Below, one piece after another: positions 42,868-51,994 of a stretch of DNA of 64,000 nt. The stretch comes from Acidobacteriota bacterium (GTDB lineage Bacteria > Acidobacteriota > Vicinamibacteria > Marinacidobacterales > Marinacidobacteraceae), in NCBI GenBank assembly GCA_009835985.1, contig VXWI01000113.1, positions 172 through 64,171 on the forward strand, written 5' to 3'. Position 1 is the stretch's first letter. Each line of letters begins with the position of its first letter. The notes beneath the pieces are model-generated. The model was given only the letters and a program-made list of their open reading frames with translations, was not told the DNA's origin and did not search any database. The position numbers and the translations under genes were made by a program.

Positions 42868-44879
42868 GGTTCACGCTCGCCCTGGCCGGCGCGGCCGCCC
42901 TGGCGGTGCTCGGACTGTTCGCCACCACGCTCGGTTCGCCTCCGGTCGCCGCGGCCGCCGTTCAGGCCGCGCAACCGCTCCCCCCGCCCCTGTCCGAACA
43001 GCCGTCCATGATGGTCGGGTCGGCCGAGTGCCTGACCTGCCACGAGCAGGCCCATGACGACTGGACCTCCTCCCGCCATTCCAAGATGGTGCAGCCGGCC
43101 GTCCCCGGCCAGGTGCTCGGGGACTTCTCGCAGGAGGTCCTCAGGCTCCGCGGCGAGGAGTACCGGATTCGCCGGACCGGCTCCCGGTACTTCATCACCG
43201 AGCCGTTCTTCACCGGCGAACCCGTCGAGCACCGGGTGGACTACACGCTCGGGAACCGCCGCATCCAGCACTACCTGACGACGCTCGAGGACGGCCGGGT
43301 CATCGTGCTGCCGCCGACCTGGGACGTGCTGCGGCGGGAGTGGTTCCACAACCTCGAGATCGCCGCCCCCGACCAGGCGGAGGGCATCGTCCCGGTCCAG
43401 CTCTGGAACAAGAACTGTTTCGGCTGTCACGTGAGCGACCAGATCAAGGGCTTCCGGCCCGGGGAAAATCGCTACGACACCACCTGGCTCGACTTCGGCA
43501 CCACCTGCGAGCGCTGCCACGGACCGGGCAGCCGGCACGTGGACAAGTACATGAACCTCGAGTTCTACGGCGACGATCCCGCGAGCTACATCGTGCAGCA
43601 GACCCGGCTGGACCACGAGACGAACTCGATGGTCTGCGCCCAGTGCCACTCGTTCCGGGACCAGATGGCCTTCGGGTTCGCCGCCGGCGACAACTACTTC
43701 GACCATTTCTTCCCGATCCTCGAGTACACCCAGGAGCCTTCCGAGGACCCCACCTGGTACCCGGACGGGAAGACCCGCCGGTTCTCCACCAACACCCTCG
43801 GCATCTGGCAGAGCGAGTGTTTCGTGGAGGGGGGCGCCACCTGCACGGGTTGCCACATCGATCCCCACCGTCCCGACATCGAGAGGAACGAACAGCTCCT
43901 GCCGACGAACAACGGGCTCTGCACGGGCTGTCACGAGGCGATCGGCGCCGATCTCGCGGCGCACACCTTCCACCCCGCCCAGAGCGAAGGCAGTTCGTGC
44001 GTCGAGTGCCACATGCCGCGCAGCGTCACGAGCATCCGGGCGAAGATGCGCGACCACAGCATCTCGATCCCGTCCCCCCGGAACACTGCCCGATACGGAG
44101 TGCCCAACGCCTGCAACGAATGCCACACCGCCGAGAGTCCCGAATGGGCGACCGAACGGATGGACGAGTGGTGGGGCGAGACGCCGCGCCGGCGGAAGAT
44201 CGAACGGCGCGCCGACGCCTACACCGGCGCGCGCCAACTGAACCGGGAGGCGCTCGATCATCTGCTCGCCATGTCGGCCGACGAAGGCGAGGGCCCCATC
44301 AACCGGGCGAACGCCGCCGGACATCTCGGCCGCTACCTGGCGGACCCGGCGACCCGGGAGCCGGCAACCCGCGCTCTGCTCGCCGCCTCGGGGGATGCCC
44401 ATCCCCTGGTGCGGGCGGTCGCTTCCCTGAAACTGGGGGAGACCGGGAACACCGGGTCCGCCGAGATCCGGGACACCCTCGTCGCCCGCGTCCAGGACGA
44501 ACGCCGTTCGGTGCGGATGAACGCGGCCATCTCGCTTCTCAACCTCGGCATCCGCACCCTTCCGGGAGAAGCCGACAAGAGCTTCGAACTGGCGAAGCGC
44601 CTGCACGCGATCCGGGGCAACTTTTTCGCCGACGACGCGCCCCAACAGCTCAACATCGGACGCCTGCACGTGCTTGACGGCAACTCCGCGGCAGCCAGCC
44701 GGGCGTTCGAGCAGAGCTACAACCTGGACTCCAGCCAGCCCGGAATCCGCTTCTTCATGGCGGTGACCCGCCTCTCGCAGCAACGGATCCCGGAAGCGCG
44801 GGACCTGCTGCGCTCCGTTCCCGCGGAAGACCCCTTCGCCCAGGAAGCACAGAACCTGCTCCGCCAACTCGAACCCTGA
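42864..44879 (+). CDS. Octahaem cytochrome c with C-terminal HEAT/TPR-like repeats, secreted
   Basis: 671-aa track ORF. GTG 42864 overlaps the CRTAC1 TGA (GTGA). It has a signal peptide and eight CxxCH motifs (CLTCH, CFGCH, CERCH, CAQCH, CTGCH, CTGCH, CVECH, CNECH). The C-terminus is helical-repeat. Confidence 0.85.
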   Translation: MRFTLALAGAAALAVLGLFATTLGSPPVAAAAVQAAQPLPPPLSEQPSMMVGSAECLTCHEQAHDDWTSSRHSKMVQPAVPGQVLGDFSQEVLRLRGEEYRIRRTGSRYFITEPFFTGEPVEHRVDYTLGNRRIQHYLTTLEDGRVIVLPPTWDVLRREWFHNLEIAAPDQAEGIVPVQLWNKNCFGCHVSDQIKGFRPGENRYDTTWLDFGTTCERCHGPGSRHVDKYMNLEFYGDDPASYIVQQTRLDHETNSMVCAQCHSFRDQMAFGFAAGDNYFDHFFPILEYTQEPSEDPTWYPDGKTRRFSTNTLGIWQSECFVEGGATCTGCHIDPHRPDIERNEQLLPTNNGLCTGCHEAIGADLAAHTFHPAQSEGSSCVECHMPRSVTSIRAKMRDHSISIPSPRNTARYGVPNACNECHTAESPEWATERMDEWWGETPRRRKIERRADAYTGARQLNREALDHLLAMSADEGEGPINRANAAGHLGRYLADPATREPATRALLAASGDAHPLVRAVASLKLGETGNTGSAEIRDTLVARVQDERRSVRMNAAISLLNLGIRTLPGEADKSFELAKRLHAIRGNFFADDAPQQLNIGRLHVLDGNSAAASRAFEQSYNLDSSQPGIRFFMAVTRLSQQRIPEARDLLRSVPAEDPFAQEAQNLLRQLEP

Positions 44880-44903
44880 GGTGGGGACAAAAAGTCAGCC
44901 AAC

Positions 44904-45710
44904 ATGAATCCCAAGGCAACGCTGTTCGCGGCAGCCGTCGTCCTGGCGGCGGGCTTCGGCCCGGCCGAACCCGCCGCCGCCCAGGAACGCCAAGGTTTTC
45001 GCTTGGGGATCGCCGTTCCCCTCGAGCGCGCCGGAGTCACGTACGAAAAAGCCGTCGACAACACCGATCCGGAGACCCTGGTGCCGGCGCCGCGCCGCGG
45101 TCAGGTGTTCGAGGACGAGGGGTCCGCCAGCGGTCCGCTGGCCGGATTGGCGCTGCTGGCCGGCTACCGCTGGGCGCTGGGTGGCGGAACGTTTTTCGGC
45201 GCCGAAGCGGATCTCGCATTCCACCGCGGCGTGCTCGAAGCGCAGCTCGAAGGCTCGGGAACCTCCCCGTCCCGGAGGCAGCTCGGCGAAGTGTGGCCCG
45301 ACGACTGGTCCTTCGAGAAGCGGCACAGCTACGGGGTGACGGTGCACTTCGGCGGCAGCCCCGGCGGACTGGATTCCCGCGACGAAAGCGTCTATCTCCT
45401 TGCCGGCGTGCACCGGGTCGCCGCCCAGGTGACGGTCAACTGGCTTGGGTGTCTTTCACCGGTCCCCTGCGCGCCGGACCAGTTCGCGTCGGGCGCCGAC
45501 GCCCGCGATCTGGACTTCCTCGCCTGGACCGTGGGCGTGGGTTTCGAAAAGCACCTCGGAGAACGCATCGCCCTCCGTGCCGAGGGCCGCTATCGGACCT
45601 ACACCGAAGAAAGCTGGGTCGCCGACTTCCCCGAGGTGCGGGTCACCGTTCCGACCGGCGCCCGGGGCCGGGGGCCGGGCCTGACGCTGACGCTGGTCTT
45701 CGAACCGTAG
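44904..45710 (+). CDS. Putative outer-membrane beta-barrel protein
   Basis: 268-aa track ORF. Signal peptide is ATLFAAAVVLAAGFGPAEPAAAQE. Alternating hydrophobic beta-strand pattern (LALLAGYRW, FFGAEADLAF, YLLAGV, LAWTVGVGFEKHL, IALRAEGRYRTY). The C-terminus is not the canonical aromatic residue, so confidence is moderate. Confidence 0.5.
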   Translation: MNPKATLFAAAVVLAAGFGPAEPAAAQERQGFRLGIAVPLERAGVTYEKAVDNTDPETLVPAPRRGQVFEDEGSASGPLAGLALLAGYRWALGGGTFFGAEADLAFHRGVLEAQLEGSGTSPSRRQLGEVWPDDWSFEKRHSYGVTVHFGGSPGGLDSRDESVYLLAGVHRVAAQVTVNWLGCLSPVPCAPDQFASGADARDLDFLAWTVGVGFEKHLGERIALRAEGRYRTYTEESWVADFPEVRVTVPTGARGRGPGLTLTLVFEP

Positions 45711-45730
45711 GCCGCGGGGCCGCGTCCAGG

Positions 45731-46228
45731 TCAGCCGATCGCGGCCTGGAGGTGCATGTTGCCGAAGTGGATCGTCAGCACCGGCTTCCCGGCGAAGTCG
45801 CCGTAACCCGCGGTGATGTCGATCAGCATGTGATCGGCGGTCCCCATCTGATCGGAGAAGCGGGAGTCGAGCCTTGTGATCTTGGCCATGTCGGGCATCT
45901 CGCCCCGCGGGATGCGGCCCTCGTGGAGCGCCATGGTCCAGGAACCGTCGTCGCCCTGGATGACCCCGATGGTGTATTCGCCGGCGGCGATGGTCACGTC
46001 GCCCGCCATCACGTCGGCGGAAACGTTCAGGCGCGGCCCGCGCGGACTCACGAACGTGCCCGCCTCCACGGCGGCGACGTGGTCCATGTTGGCGTCGGTG
46101 GAGTTGTAGGAGACGGAGACGTCCACCTCGCCGATCGTGGTGGAAACCGTCTTGTTGAAGTGCGGATGGGCGAAGGCCAGCGCCGCAACGGCGAGCGCAG
46201 CGAGCGTAAGGGAAGCGATGCGGGTCAT
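45731..46228 (-). CDS. Small secreted protein, DUF2911-like
   Basis: Track ORF 45731-46414, trimmed to ATG 46228, which is preceded by GGAGAA. Signal peptide is MTRIASLTLAALAVAALAFA. The AGEYTIGVIQGDDGSWTMALHEG pattern resembles DUF2911. The assignment is tentative. Confidence 0.5.
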   Translation of the reverse strand: MTRIASLTLAALAVAALAFAHPHFNKTVSTTIGEVDVSVSYNSTDANMDHVAAVEAGTFVSPRGPRLNVSADVMAGDVTIAAGEYTIGVIQGDDGSWTMALHEGRIPRGEMPDMAKITRLDSRFSDQMGTADHMLIDITAGYGDFAGKPVLTIHFGNMHLQAAIG

Positions 46229-46292
46229 GGATCGTTCTCCGTAGAGGAAGTTTGGCGCCGCTGATCGCGGCGGTGGCTGAACGGCGGGAATT

Positions 46293-47516
46293 CTAGGCCA
46301 CTCCACTGAGGACCGGCGGGGAGGTCTCCCGGCGCCACTCGCGCGCCACCTCGAGCACGCGGTCGATGTCGGCCTCGTCGTTGTGGATGAAACAGGAAAA
46401 GCGCAGGACCGCACGGCGCACCGACATGACCACGTCGGCGGCCTTCAGGCGCTCCCACAGATCGGCCAGTCCCGGATCCTTCACGGTCCGTTCGCCCTGG
46501 CGGCCGAGCGTGCCGACGGTAACGATGTGGGAGAGCCACGGGCCCGGAGTTCCCCCGGTCAACGGCAGGCCGAGCTCCGCCAGCCCATCGGCGAGCCGGC
46601 GCGCCAGCCCCAGGCTCCGCTCCTCGATGGCCTCCGCTCCGAAGGACTCGAGCAGCTCCAGGGCCCGGTCGGCGGCGACCGCGCCCAGGTAGTTGTAGTT
46701 GCCGAGATCGAAACGGCGGGCCCCCGGCGCATACGGGATGTCCGCGTCGGGCAGCGCGGTCTCGGAGGCTTTGAAGAGCACCCCGTGACGGCCGAGCGCG
46801 GCGGGCTTGAGCGCCTCCGCGACACCCCGGCGGCAATACAGGAAGCCGGTGCCATAAAACGCCGAGAGCGACTTCTGGGTCGCAACCGCCAGCACGTCGG
46901 CGCCGATCCGGTCCACGTGGGTGCGAAGCACGCCCACCGACTGGGCCGCATCCACCACCAGACAGGCTCCGTGCAGGTCCCGCGCCTCCTTGAGCGGCGC
47001 GAGATCGGCGGCGAAGCCGGGCGAATACGACACGGCCGCGGCGGCAATGACCCGGGTCCGCGGTCCGACCGCTTCCGCCATACGGGTTGACGGCAGGCGC
47101 CCGCCGTCGGCCGGCACCGCCTTCAGACGCACACCTCGCCGGAGCGCCAGGTTCCGCCACGGCAGCACGTTCGCGGGGTGCTCCAGGTCCGGGCAATAGA
47201 CCACCTCGTCCCCATCCCGCCAGTCGAGGGCGGTCAGGAAGAGGTTCATTCCGTCGGTGACGTTGCGCGTCCAGGCCACCTCGTCCGGGTCCGCCCCGAT
47301 CCAGCGGGCGAAGCGGGCGCGGCCCCGCTCCACGGTGTCGAAGAGCACATCCTTGTTGGGTCCCCCCTCCATCGCGCCATCGAGGTACCAGTCGCATACT
47401 TCACGCACGGGGCGGGCGAGCAGGCTGCGCACCGCCACGTTCAGGTAAGGCCGGACGGGAGCACCCGGATAGAGCTCCCGGGCGGCCAGGATGGGCTGCA
47501 GTTCAGGATGTGACAA
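46293..47516 (-). CDS. Aminotransferase class V-fold PLP-dependent enzyme
   Basis: 407-aa track ORF. LVVDAAQSVG and the candidate PLP-lysine block ADVLAVATQKSLSAFYGTGFLY are typical of class V (cysteine desulfurase/kynureninase-like) enzymes. Confidence 0.8.
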   Translation of the reverse strand: MSHPELQPILAARELYPGAPVRPYLNVAVRSLLARPVREVCDWYLDGAMEGGPNKDVLFDTVERGRARFARWIGADPDEVAWTRNVTDGMNLFLTALDWRDGDEVVYCPDLEHPANVLPWRNLALRRGVRLKAVPADGGRLPSTRMAEAVGPRTRVIAAAAVSYSPGFAADLAPLKEARDLHGACLVVDAAQSVGVLRTHVDRIGADVLAVATQKSLSAFYGTGFLYCRRGVAEALKPAALGRHGVLFKASETALPDADIPYAPGARRFDLGNYNYLGAVAADRALELLESFGAEAIEERSLGLARRLADGLAELGLPLTGGTPGPWLSHIVTVGTLGRQGERTVKDPGLADLWERLKAADVVMSVRRAVLRFSCFIHNDEADIDRVLEVAREWRRETSPPVLSGVA

Positions 47517-48798
47517 CGCCGGGTTCCTCCTTTTCTCGTTGGGTTACGACCATCGTCCCCACGAGGTCACCCATGATGTTGGCGGTGGTGGTGGGCATGT
47601 CCACCAGGCGATAGATCCCGGCCACCAGCACGCCGATTTCCACCGGCAGGCCGAAGGCGCGAAGCAGCAGGAACTGGTTCACCAGCCCGCCGTTGGGCAC
47701 TCCCGGGGCCGCGGCCGAAAAGACGGTTCCCAGGGCGATCAACACCAGCAGTTCCCCAACCCCGAACGACACCCCGACGGCCTGCGCGGTGAACAGGACG
47801 ATCCCGGAGAGCAGAACCGAACTCCCGTCCTTGTTGAACTGGGCGCCGAGCGGCAGGGTGAGGGCATAGGTCGAACGGGGCAAACCCATCTTCTCGGCGG
47901 CGTTGAGCGAGGCGCCGAGACTCGCGAGACTGCTGCAGGTGGATACGGTGGTCGTCCACACGGTTGCCGTTCGCCGTACGAACGACAGCGGCGAAGTCGC
48001 CGCCAGGAAGCGCAGGGCGGCGAAATACAGAGCGAAGATCGCGACGTCCGCGATCCAGACGGCCGCAATATATACGCCGAGCGGACCGAAAATCGAGCTT
48101 CCGTATTCGCCCACGCTGGCCGCGGCAAGTGCCGCGACTCCGACTGGTCCGAACCACAGTACGCCGGAGACGAGTTGGCGCAGCAGGGCGGTCCCCGAGG
48201 CGAAGAACCGGGTGACGTCGGCGCGCCGTTCGCGGTCGAGACCCCAGGTGGCGAAACCCACCATCAGGCCGAGCACCACCACCGCCGTAACCCGCTCGTC
48301 CACGAAGACCCCGAGGGCGTTGTCGGGGACGAGGGTGAACAGGAAGTCGTGGAATCCGGGCGCCGCGACGGGCGCGGCTTCGCTGGTTCCCGCGGCGGCT
48401 GCGAGGCCGGCTCCGGGACGAAGCAGGCCGACGACCGCCAGCGCGAGCAGCTGAGCGGCCACGGTGGTCAGAGCAAAGAAGGTTCCGATCCGGAGGAGCA
48501 GCCGGCTCACCCCACCCGAGGCCGCCGACGAGGCGAGCGCCGTAATGAGATTGAAAAAGACCAGCGGCACCGCGACCAGGGTCAGTAGCCGGATGAAGAT
48601 GTCGCCGAGGAACGAGGCCCGCGTGGCGTTCTCGCCAAGCGCGATCCCGGCGGCCACCCCGATCCCCATCCCGATCAGCATCAGGTTGCCGAGCGAGGGG
48701 AGGCGACGGCGGGCGTCGGTCACGGGCGGCACGGTATCAGTGGACCCCCGACAGGGAAACCGGCGCTCTCCCGTATCATCGGCCCCGCTCAAATCCAT
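47503..48798 (-). CDS. Dicarboxylate/amino acid:cation symporter (DAACS/GltP-DctA family)
   Basis: 431-aa track ORF. Hairpin/motif blocks are SSLASLGASL, LPLGAQFNKDGSSVLL and YRLVDMPTTTANIMGDLV. The start is uncertain (48798 or an internal GTG/ATG). The 3-prime end overlaps the aminotransferase start by 14 nt. Confidence 0.85.
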   Translation of the reverse strand: MDLSGADDTGERRFPCRGSTDTVPPVTDARRRLPSLGNLMLIGMGIGVAAGIALGENATRASFLGDIFIRLLTLVAVPLVFFNLITALASSAASGGVSRLLLRIGTFFALTTVAAQLLALAVVGLLRPGAGLAAAAGTSEAAPVAAPGFHDFLFTLVPDNALGVFVDERVTAVVVLGLMVGFATWGLDRERRADVTRFFASGTALLRQLVSGVLWFGPVGVAALAAASVGEYGSSIFGPLGVYIAAVWIADVAIFALYFAALRFLAATSPLSFVRRTATVWTTTVSTCSSLASLGASLNAAEKMGLPRSTYALTLPLGAQFNKDGSSVLLSGIVLFTAQAVGVSFGVGELLVLIALGTVFSAAAPGVPNGGLVNQFLLLRAFGLPVEIGVLVAGIYRLVDMPTTTANIMGDLVGTMVVTQREKEEPGVVTS

Positions 48799-48811
48799 AA
48801 GGAGTCAGGCC

Positions 48812-51229
48812 ATGCGTCTTTCCGCCGCCCGCGTTTCCCGGCTACTGCTCGCCAGCGCTCTTCTCGCCTCCGTGGCCTCGGCCCAGGACGAGACCCGCCA
48901 GGTGAACGGTCTGACGGCCTCCGTCGAGGTTCTCACCGACCGCTGGGGACTCGACCACATCTACGCCGACAGCGAGGACGACCTGTTCTTCGTCCAGGGC
49001 TACCGCGCCGCCGAGAGCCGCCTGTTCCAGTTCGAGATGTGGCGGCGGCAGGCGACCGGGACCGTGGCGGCCATCCTGGGCCCGTCCGAGCTGCAGCGGG
49101 ACATCGGCACCCGCCTCCACATGTTCCGCAAGGACATGGGCGAGGAGATGCGGTGGTACCACCCGCGCGGCGACAAGATCATCCCGGCCTTCGTGCGCGG
49201 CATCAACGCGGCGGTGGAACGCGCCCGGCAGAACCCGGATTCCCTGCCCCTCGAGTTCCGGCTGCTCGGCATCCTCCCCGAGCCCTGGACCGAGGAAGTG
49301 GTGATCTCCCGCCACCAGGGACTGCTGTCGAACGTGAACCAGGAACTCAACTACGGGATGGCGGTGGCCGCGGTGGGGGCCGCAACGCTCATGGAGATCG
49401 ACTGGTTCCGGCCGGGCGTGCCCCAACTCGAACTCGACCCGGCGATCGACGGATCGCTGCTCAAGCCCGAGATCCTGGACATCTATCGCGCCTTCCGCGG
49501 TCCGGTGATCTTCACGCCGGATCAGATTGCCGCCGAGTACCGCAACCCGGACGCCGAACGACTGGCGCTGCTCAACGAGATCCCCTCGGAGCTGAACATG
49601 GTGGATCTCGGAGAACACATCGGCTCCAACAACTGGGTGGCGCACGGGGAGCGGACCTGGACCGGGCTGCCGCTCATCGTGAACGATCCCCACCGCACCA
49701 TCGTCGCGCCTTCGCTCCGCTACTTCGTGCATCTGAAGGCGCCGGGCTGGGACGTCATCGGCGGCGGCGAGCCGGTGCTCCCGGGCCTGTCCATCGGACA
49801 CAACGAGAAAGGCGGCTGGGGCCTGACCGTCTTCGGCCAGGACAACGAGGACCTGATGGTCTACGACACGAATCCCGACAACCCGGACGAGTACCGCTAC
49901 CTCGGTGAATGGGAGTCCATGACCGTCCGCACCGAGACCATCGAGGTCAAGGGCGCGGCGGACCATCAGGCGACGCTCAAGTACACCCGGCACGGCCCCG
50001 TGGTCTACGAGGACACCGCGAACAACAAGGCGTACGCACTCCAGGCCGCCTGGCTCGAGATCGGCAACTCCCCCTACCTCGCCAGCCTCCGGATGGACCA
50101 GGCCCAGACGTGGGAGGAATTCGTCGAGGCCTGCAACTACAGCGGCATCCCGGCGGAGAACATGATCTGGGGGGACGTCGACGGCAACATCGGCTACCAG
50201 GCGGTCGGGGTTTCGCCCATCCGGAACGCGAACTGGAGCGGACTCGTCCCCGTCCCCGGGGACGGCCGCTACGAGTGGCAGGGATACCTGCCGATCAAGG
50301 CGCTGCCCGCCGTGAAGAACCCCGAAAAGGGCTTCTGGGGCACCGCGAACAACCTGATGGCGCCCGCCGTGGCCTCCCACTATCCCCATCCCGAGGCCCT
50401 GCACTTCACCTGGGGCGACGAAATGCGCGGCCTGCGGGTGGACGAACTGATGCGGAACGGCCAGCGCCACACCGTCCAGGACATGATGGCCTACCAGCAC
50501 GACGAGCTCAGCGTGGTCGCGCGGAACCTGGTGCCGCTGCTGATGCAGGCGGAGCCGCCGCAGAGCGCGGCGAAGGACGCCCTGGCCGACTGGGACTTCG
50601 TGATGGACGAGGACTCGGTCGCGGCCACGATCTATCTCCACTTCGAGCGGCGGGTTTCCGAGGCGATGCGCGAGCTCTTCATTCCCGAGGCCGCCCGCGG
50701 ACTGGTCCGGGGGGTGAACAAGAAGCGCATGCTCGACCACCTGATGGCGCCCCTCGGCCAGTTCGGGGACGACCCGATCACGGCGCGCGACGCGCTGCTC
50801 GTGAAGGCGCTCGCCGACGGAGTCCAGGACGTGACGGAGCGGCTCGGGGCCGACATGGCGAACTGGCACTACGGCCAGAACGCCATGAAGCACGTTCACA
50901 TCACCCACTACATGGCGCAGGCGGTAAACGAGGAGACCCGGCAGCTTCTCGAGGTCGGCCCCTATCCGCGGGGCGGCTACGAGTCCACGGTGAACAACAC
51001 CGGGGGCAGCGACAACCAGCGTTCCGGAGGAAGCTTCCGCGTCATCCTGGACCCGTCGAACTGGGACAACTCGATCGCGACGAGCGCCCCCGGACAATCC
51101 GGCGACCCGATGAACCCGCACTACCGCGACCTCTTCGAGCTCTGGGTCCGCGACCAGTATTTCCCCCTGGCCTATACCCGGGCCAAGGTGGAGTCGGTGA
51201 CCGAACACCGCCTGCTGCTCGAGCCATAG
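48812..51229 (+). CDS. Penicillin acylase-family Ntn hydrolase (penicillin/AHL-acylase-like), secreted
   Basis: Frame of track ORF 48464-51229, trimmed to ATG 48812, which is preceded by AAGGAG. Signal peptide is LLLASALLASVASAQ. RWGLDHIYA and DLFFVQGYRAAESRLFQFEMWRR belong to the alpha-subunit. GSNNWVAHGERT carries the beta-subunit N-terminal Ser nucleophile. Confidence 0.9.
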   Translation: MRLSAARVSRLLLASALLASVASAQDETRQVNGLTASVEVLTDRWGLDHIYADSEDDLFFVQGYRAAESRLFQFEMWRRQATGTVAAILGPSELQRDIGTRLHMFRKDMGEEMRWYHPRGDKIIPAFVRGINAAVERARQNPDSLPLEFRLLGILPEPWTEEVVISRHQGLLSNVNQELNYGMAVAAVGAATLMEIDWFRPGVPQLELDPAIDGSLLKPEILDIYRAFRGPVIFTPDQIAAEYRNPDAERLALLNEIPSELNMVDLGEHIGSNNWVAHGERTWTGLPLIVNDPHRTIVAPSLRYFVHLKAPGWDVIGGGEPVLPGLSIGHNEKGGWGLTVFGQDNEDLMVYDTNPDNPDEYRYLGEWESMTVRTETIEVKGAADHQATLKYTRHGPVVYEDTANNKAYALQAAWLEIGNSPYLASLRMDQAQTWEEFVEACNYSGIPAENMIWGDVDGNIGYQAVGVSPIRNANWSGLVPVPGDGRYEWQGYLPIKALPAVKNPEKGFWGTANNLMAPAVASHYPHPEALHFTWGDEMRGLRVDELMRNGQRHTVQDMMAYQHDELSVVARNLVPLLMQAEPPQSAAKDALADWDFVMDEDSVAATIYLHFERRVSEAMRELFIPEAARGLVRGVNKKRMLDHLMAPLGQFGDDPITARDALLVKALADGVQDVTERLGADMANWHYGQNAMKHVHITHYMAQAVNEETRQLLEVGPYPRGGYESTVNNTGGSDNQRSGGSFRVILDPSNWDNSIATSAPGQSGDPMNPHYRDLFELWVRDQYFPLAYTRAKVESVTEHRLLLEP

Positions 51230-51236
51230 GGGTGTA

Positions 51237-51258
51237 GAGGCCGGAATCAAGCGGCCTC
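51237..51258. terminator. Hairpin between convergent acylase and vapC genes
   Basis: GAGGCCG-GAATCAAG-CGGCCTC, a 7-bp stem. Confidence 0.3.
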
Positions 51259-51276
51259 ACGGACGACGCCGGGATG

Positions 51277-51675
51277 TCACACGGCAGGTTCCGAGCTGTA
51301 CCGCTGGATGAAGCCCAATCGCTCCATACGCGCGAAGTCGTGGTCGAGGGACCACAGCAGCGCCCCGTGTTCCGCCGCGATGGCGGCGATCAGCAGGTCA
51401 CCGAGTCCGAACCGGTGACCTTGGGCGGCCGCGACCCGAACCCAGCGATCCATGCGCTCCCAGGTCGCATCGCCTGGCCGTAGCACGGGGAGTCCCGACA
51501 GGGCCCGACGCAGCCGGGGCTCCTGGGCGCGTGACACCCCGCTCAGGAGTTCGACGCGCACCGGGATCGGCAGGGCGATCTGGTCGTCGTCCAGCAGTTG
51601 GTCGAGCAGCCGGCTCTCCGCCGTGTCGCGGTTGCGCAGCGCCGCCACCCACACCGAGGTGCCGGCGCAAATCAT
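51277..51675 (-). CDS. vapC: Type II toxin VapC (PIN-domain ribonuclease), second copy
   Basis: 132-aa track ORF. The N-terminus MICAGTSVWVAALRN resembles the PIN (DTSVW-type) N-terminus, although the usual acidic residue before TSVW is Gly here. VELLSG, GDLLIAAIA and LWSLDHDF follow. The ATG overlaps the antitoxin stop (ATGA). Confidence 0.8.
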   Translation of the reverse strand: MICAGTSVWVAALRNRDTAESRLLDQLLDDDQIALPIPVRVELLSGVSRAQEPRLRRALSGLPVLRPGDATWERMDRWVRVAAAQGHRFGLGDLLIAAIAAEHGALLWSLDHDFARMERLGFIQRYSSEPAV

Positions 51676-51872
51676 CGCCGCGGACGACGCCGCGATTTCG
51701 GGACATCCACGTCGAGGGTGACGGCTCCGAGCAGTCCTCTCAGCTCTTCGATTCGCTTTCGCCGGATGAGTTCGCGGAGGGACTGAACGACCGTATCGGT
51801 CTTCGATTTGAAGCCGAGCAGCCGCTGGGCTTCATCAAGCAGTTCTACGGGGAGATCGAGCGTGGTTCGCAT
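51672..51872 (-). CDS. vapB: Type II antitoxin, VapB/DUF2191 (ribbon-helix-helix) type
   Basis: This is the last 66 codons of track ORF 51672-52934 (MRTTLDLPVELLDEAQRLLGFKSKTDTVVQSLRELIRRKRIEEL...). ATG 51872 is confirmed in sequence. The rest of that ORF is a shadow of the oligopeptidase B gene. Confidence 0.75.
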   Translation of the reverse strand: MRTTLDLPVELLDEAQRLLGFKSKTDTVVQSLRELIRRKRIEELRGLLGAVTLDVDVPKSRRRPRR

Positions 51873-51994
51873 ACGATGACTATATCTTTTTATGCTCAGA
51901 GACACATCATAGTAGTCGAATCTATATGCATCAACAGTACTTGCGAGAAGCCAGGAGTTGTGCCTCCACCTCCCCCGGCTAGCCTTCGCGCCGC

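Noticed and set aside
42381-44867. 828-aa minus-strand ORF
   Set aside because: It is antisense to the octahaem cytochrome gene and the CRTAC1 3-prime end. The product is low-complexity and Arg/Gly/Pro-rich, whereas the plus-strand product has eight CxxCH motifs. The same reasoning rejects 48842-51250 (antisense to the acylase), 51896-54574 (antisense to oligopeptidase B), 38934-41315, 20859-22904, 6671-8191, 7900-9309, 8035-9552, 27447-28520 and 61243-62757.
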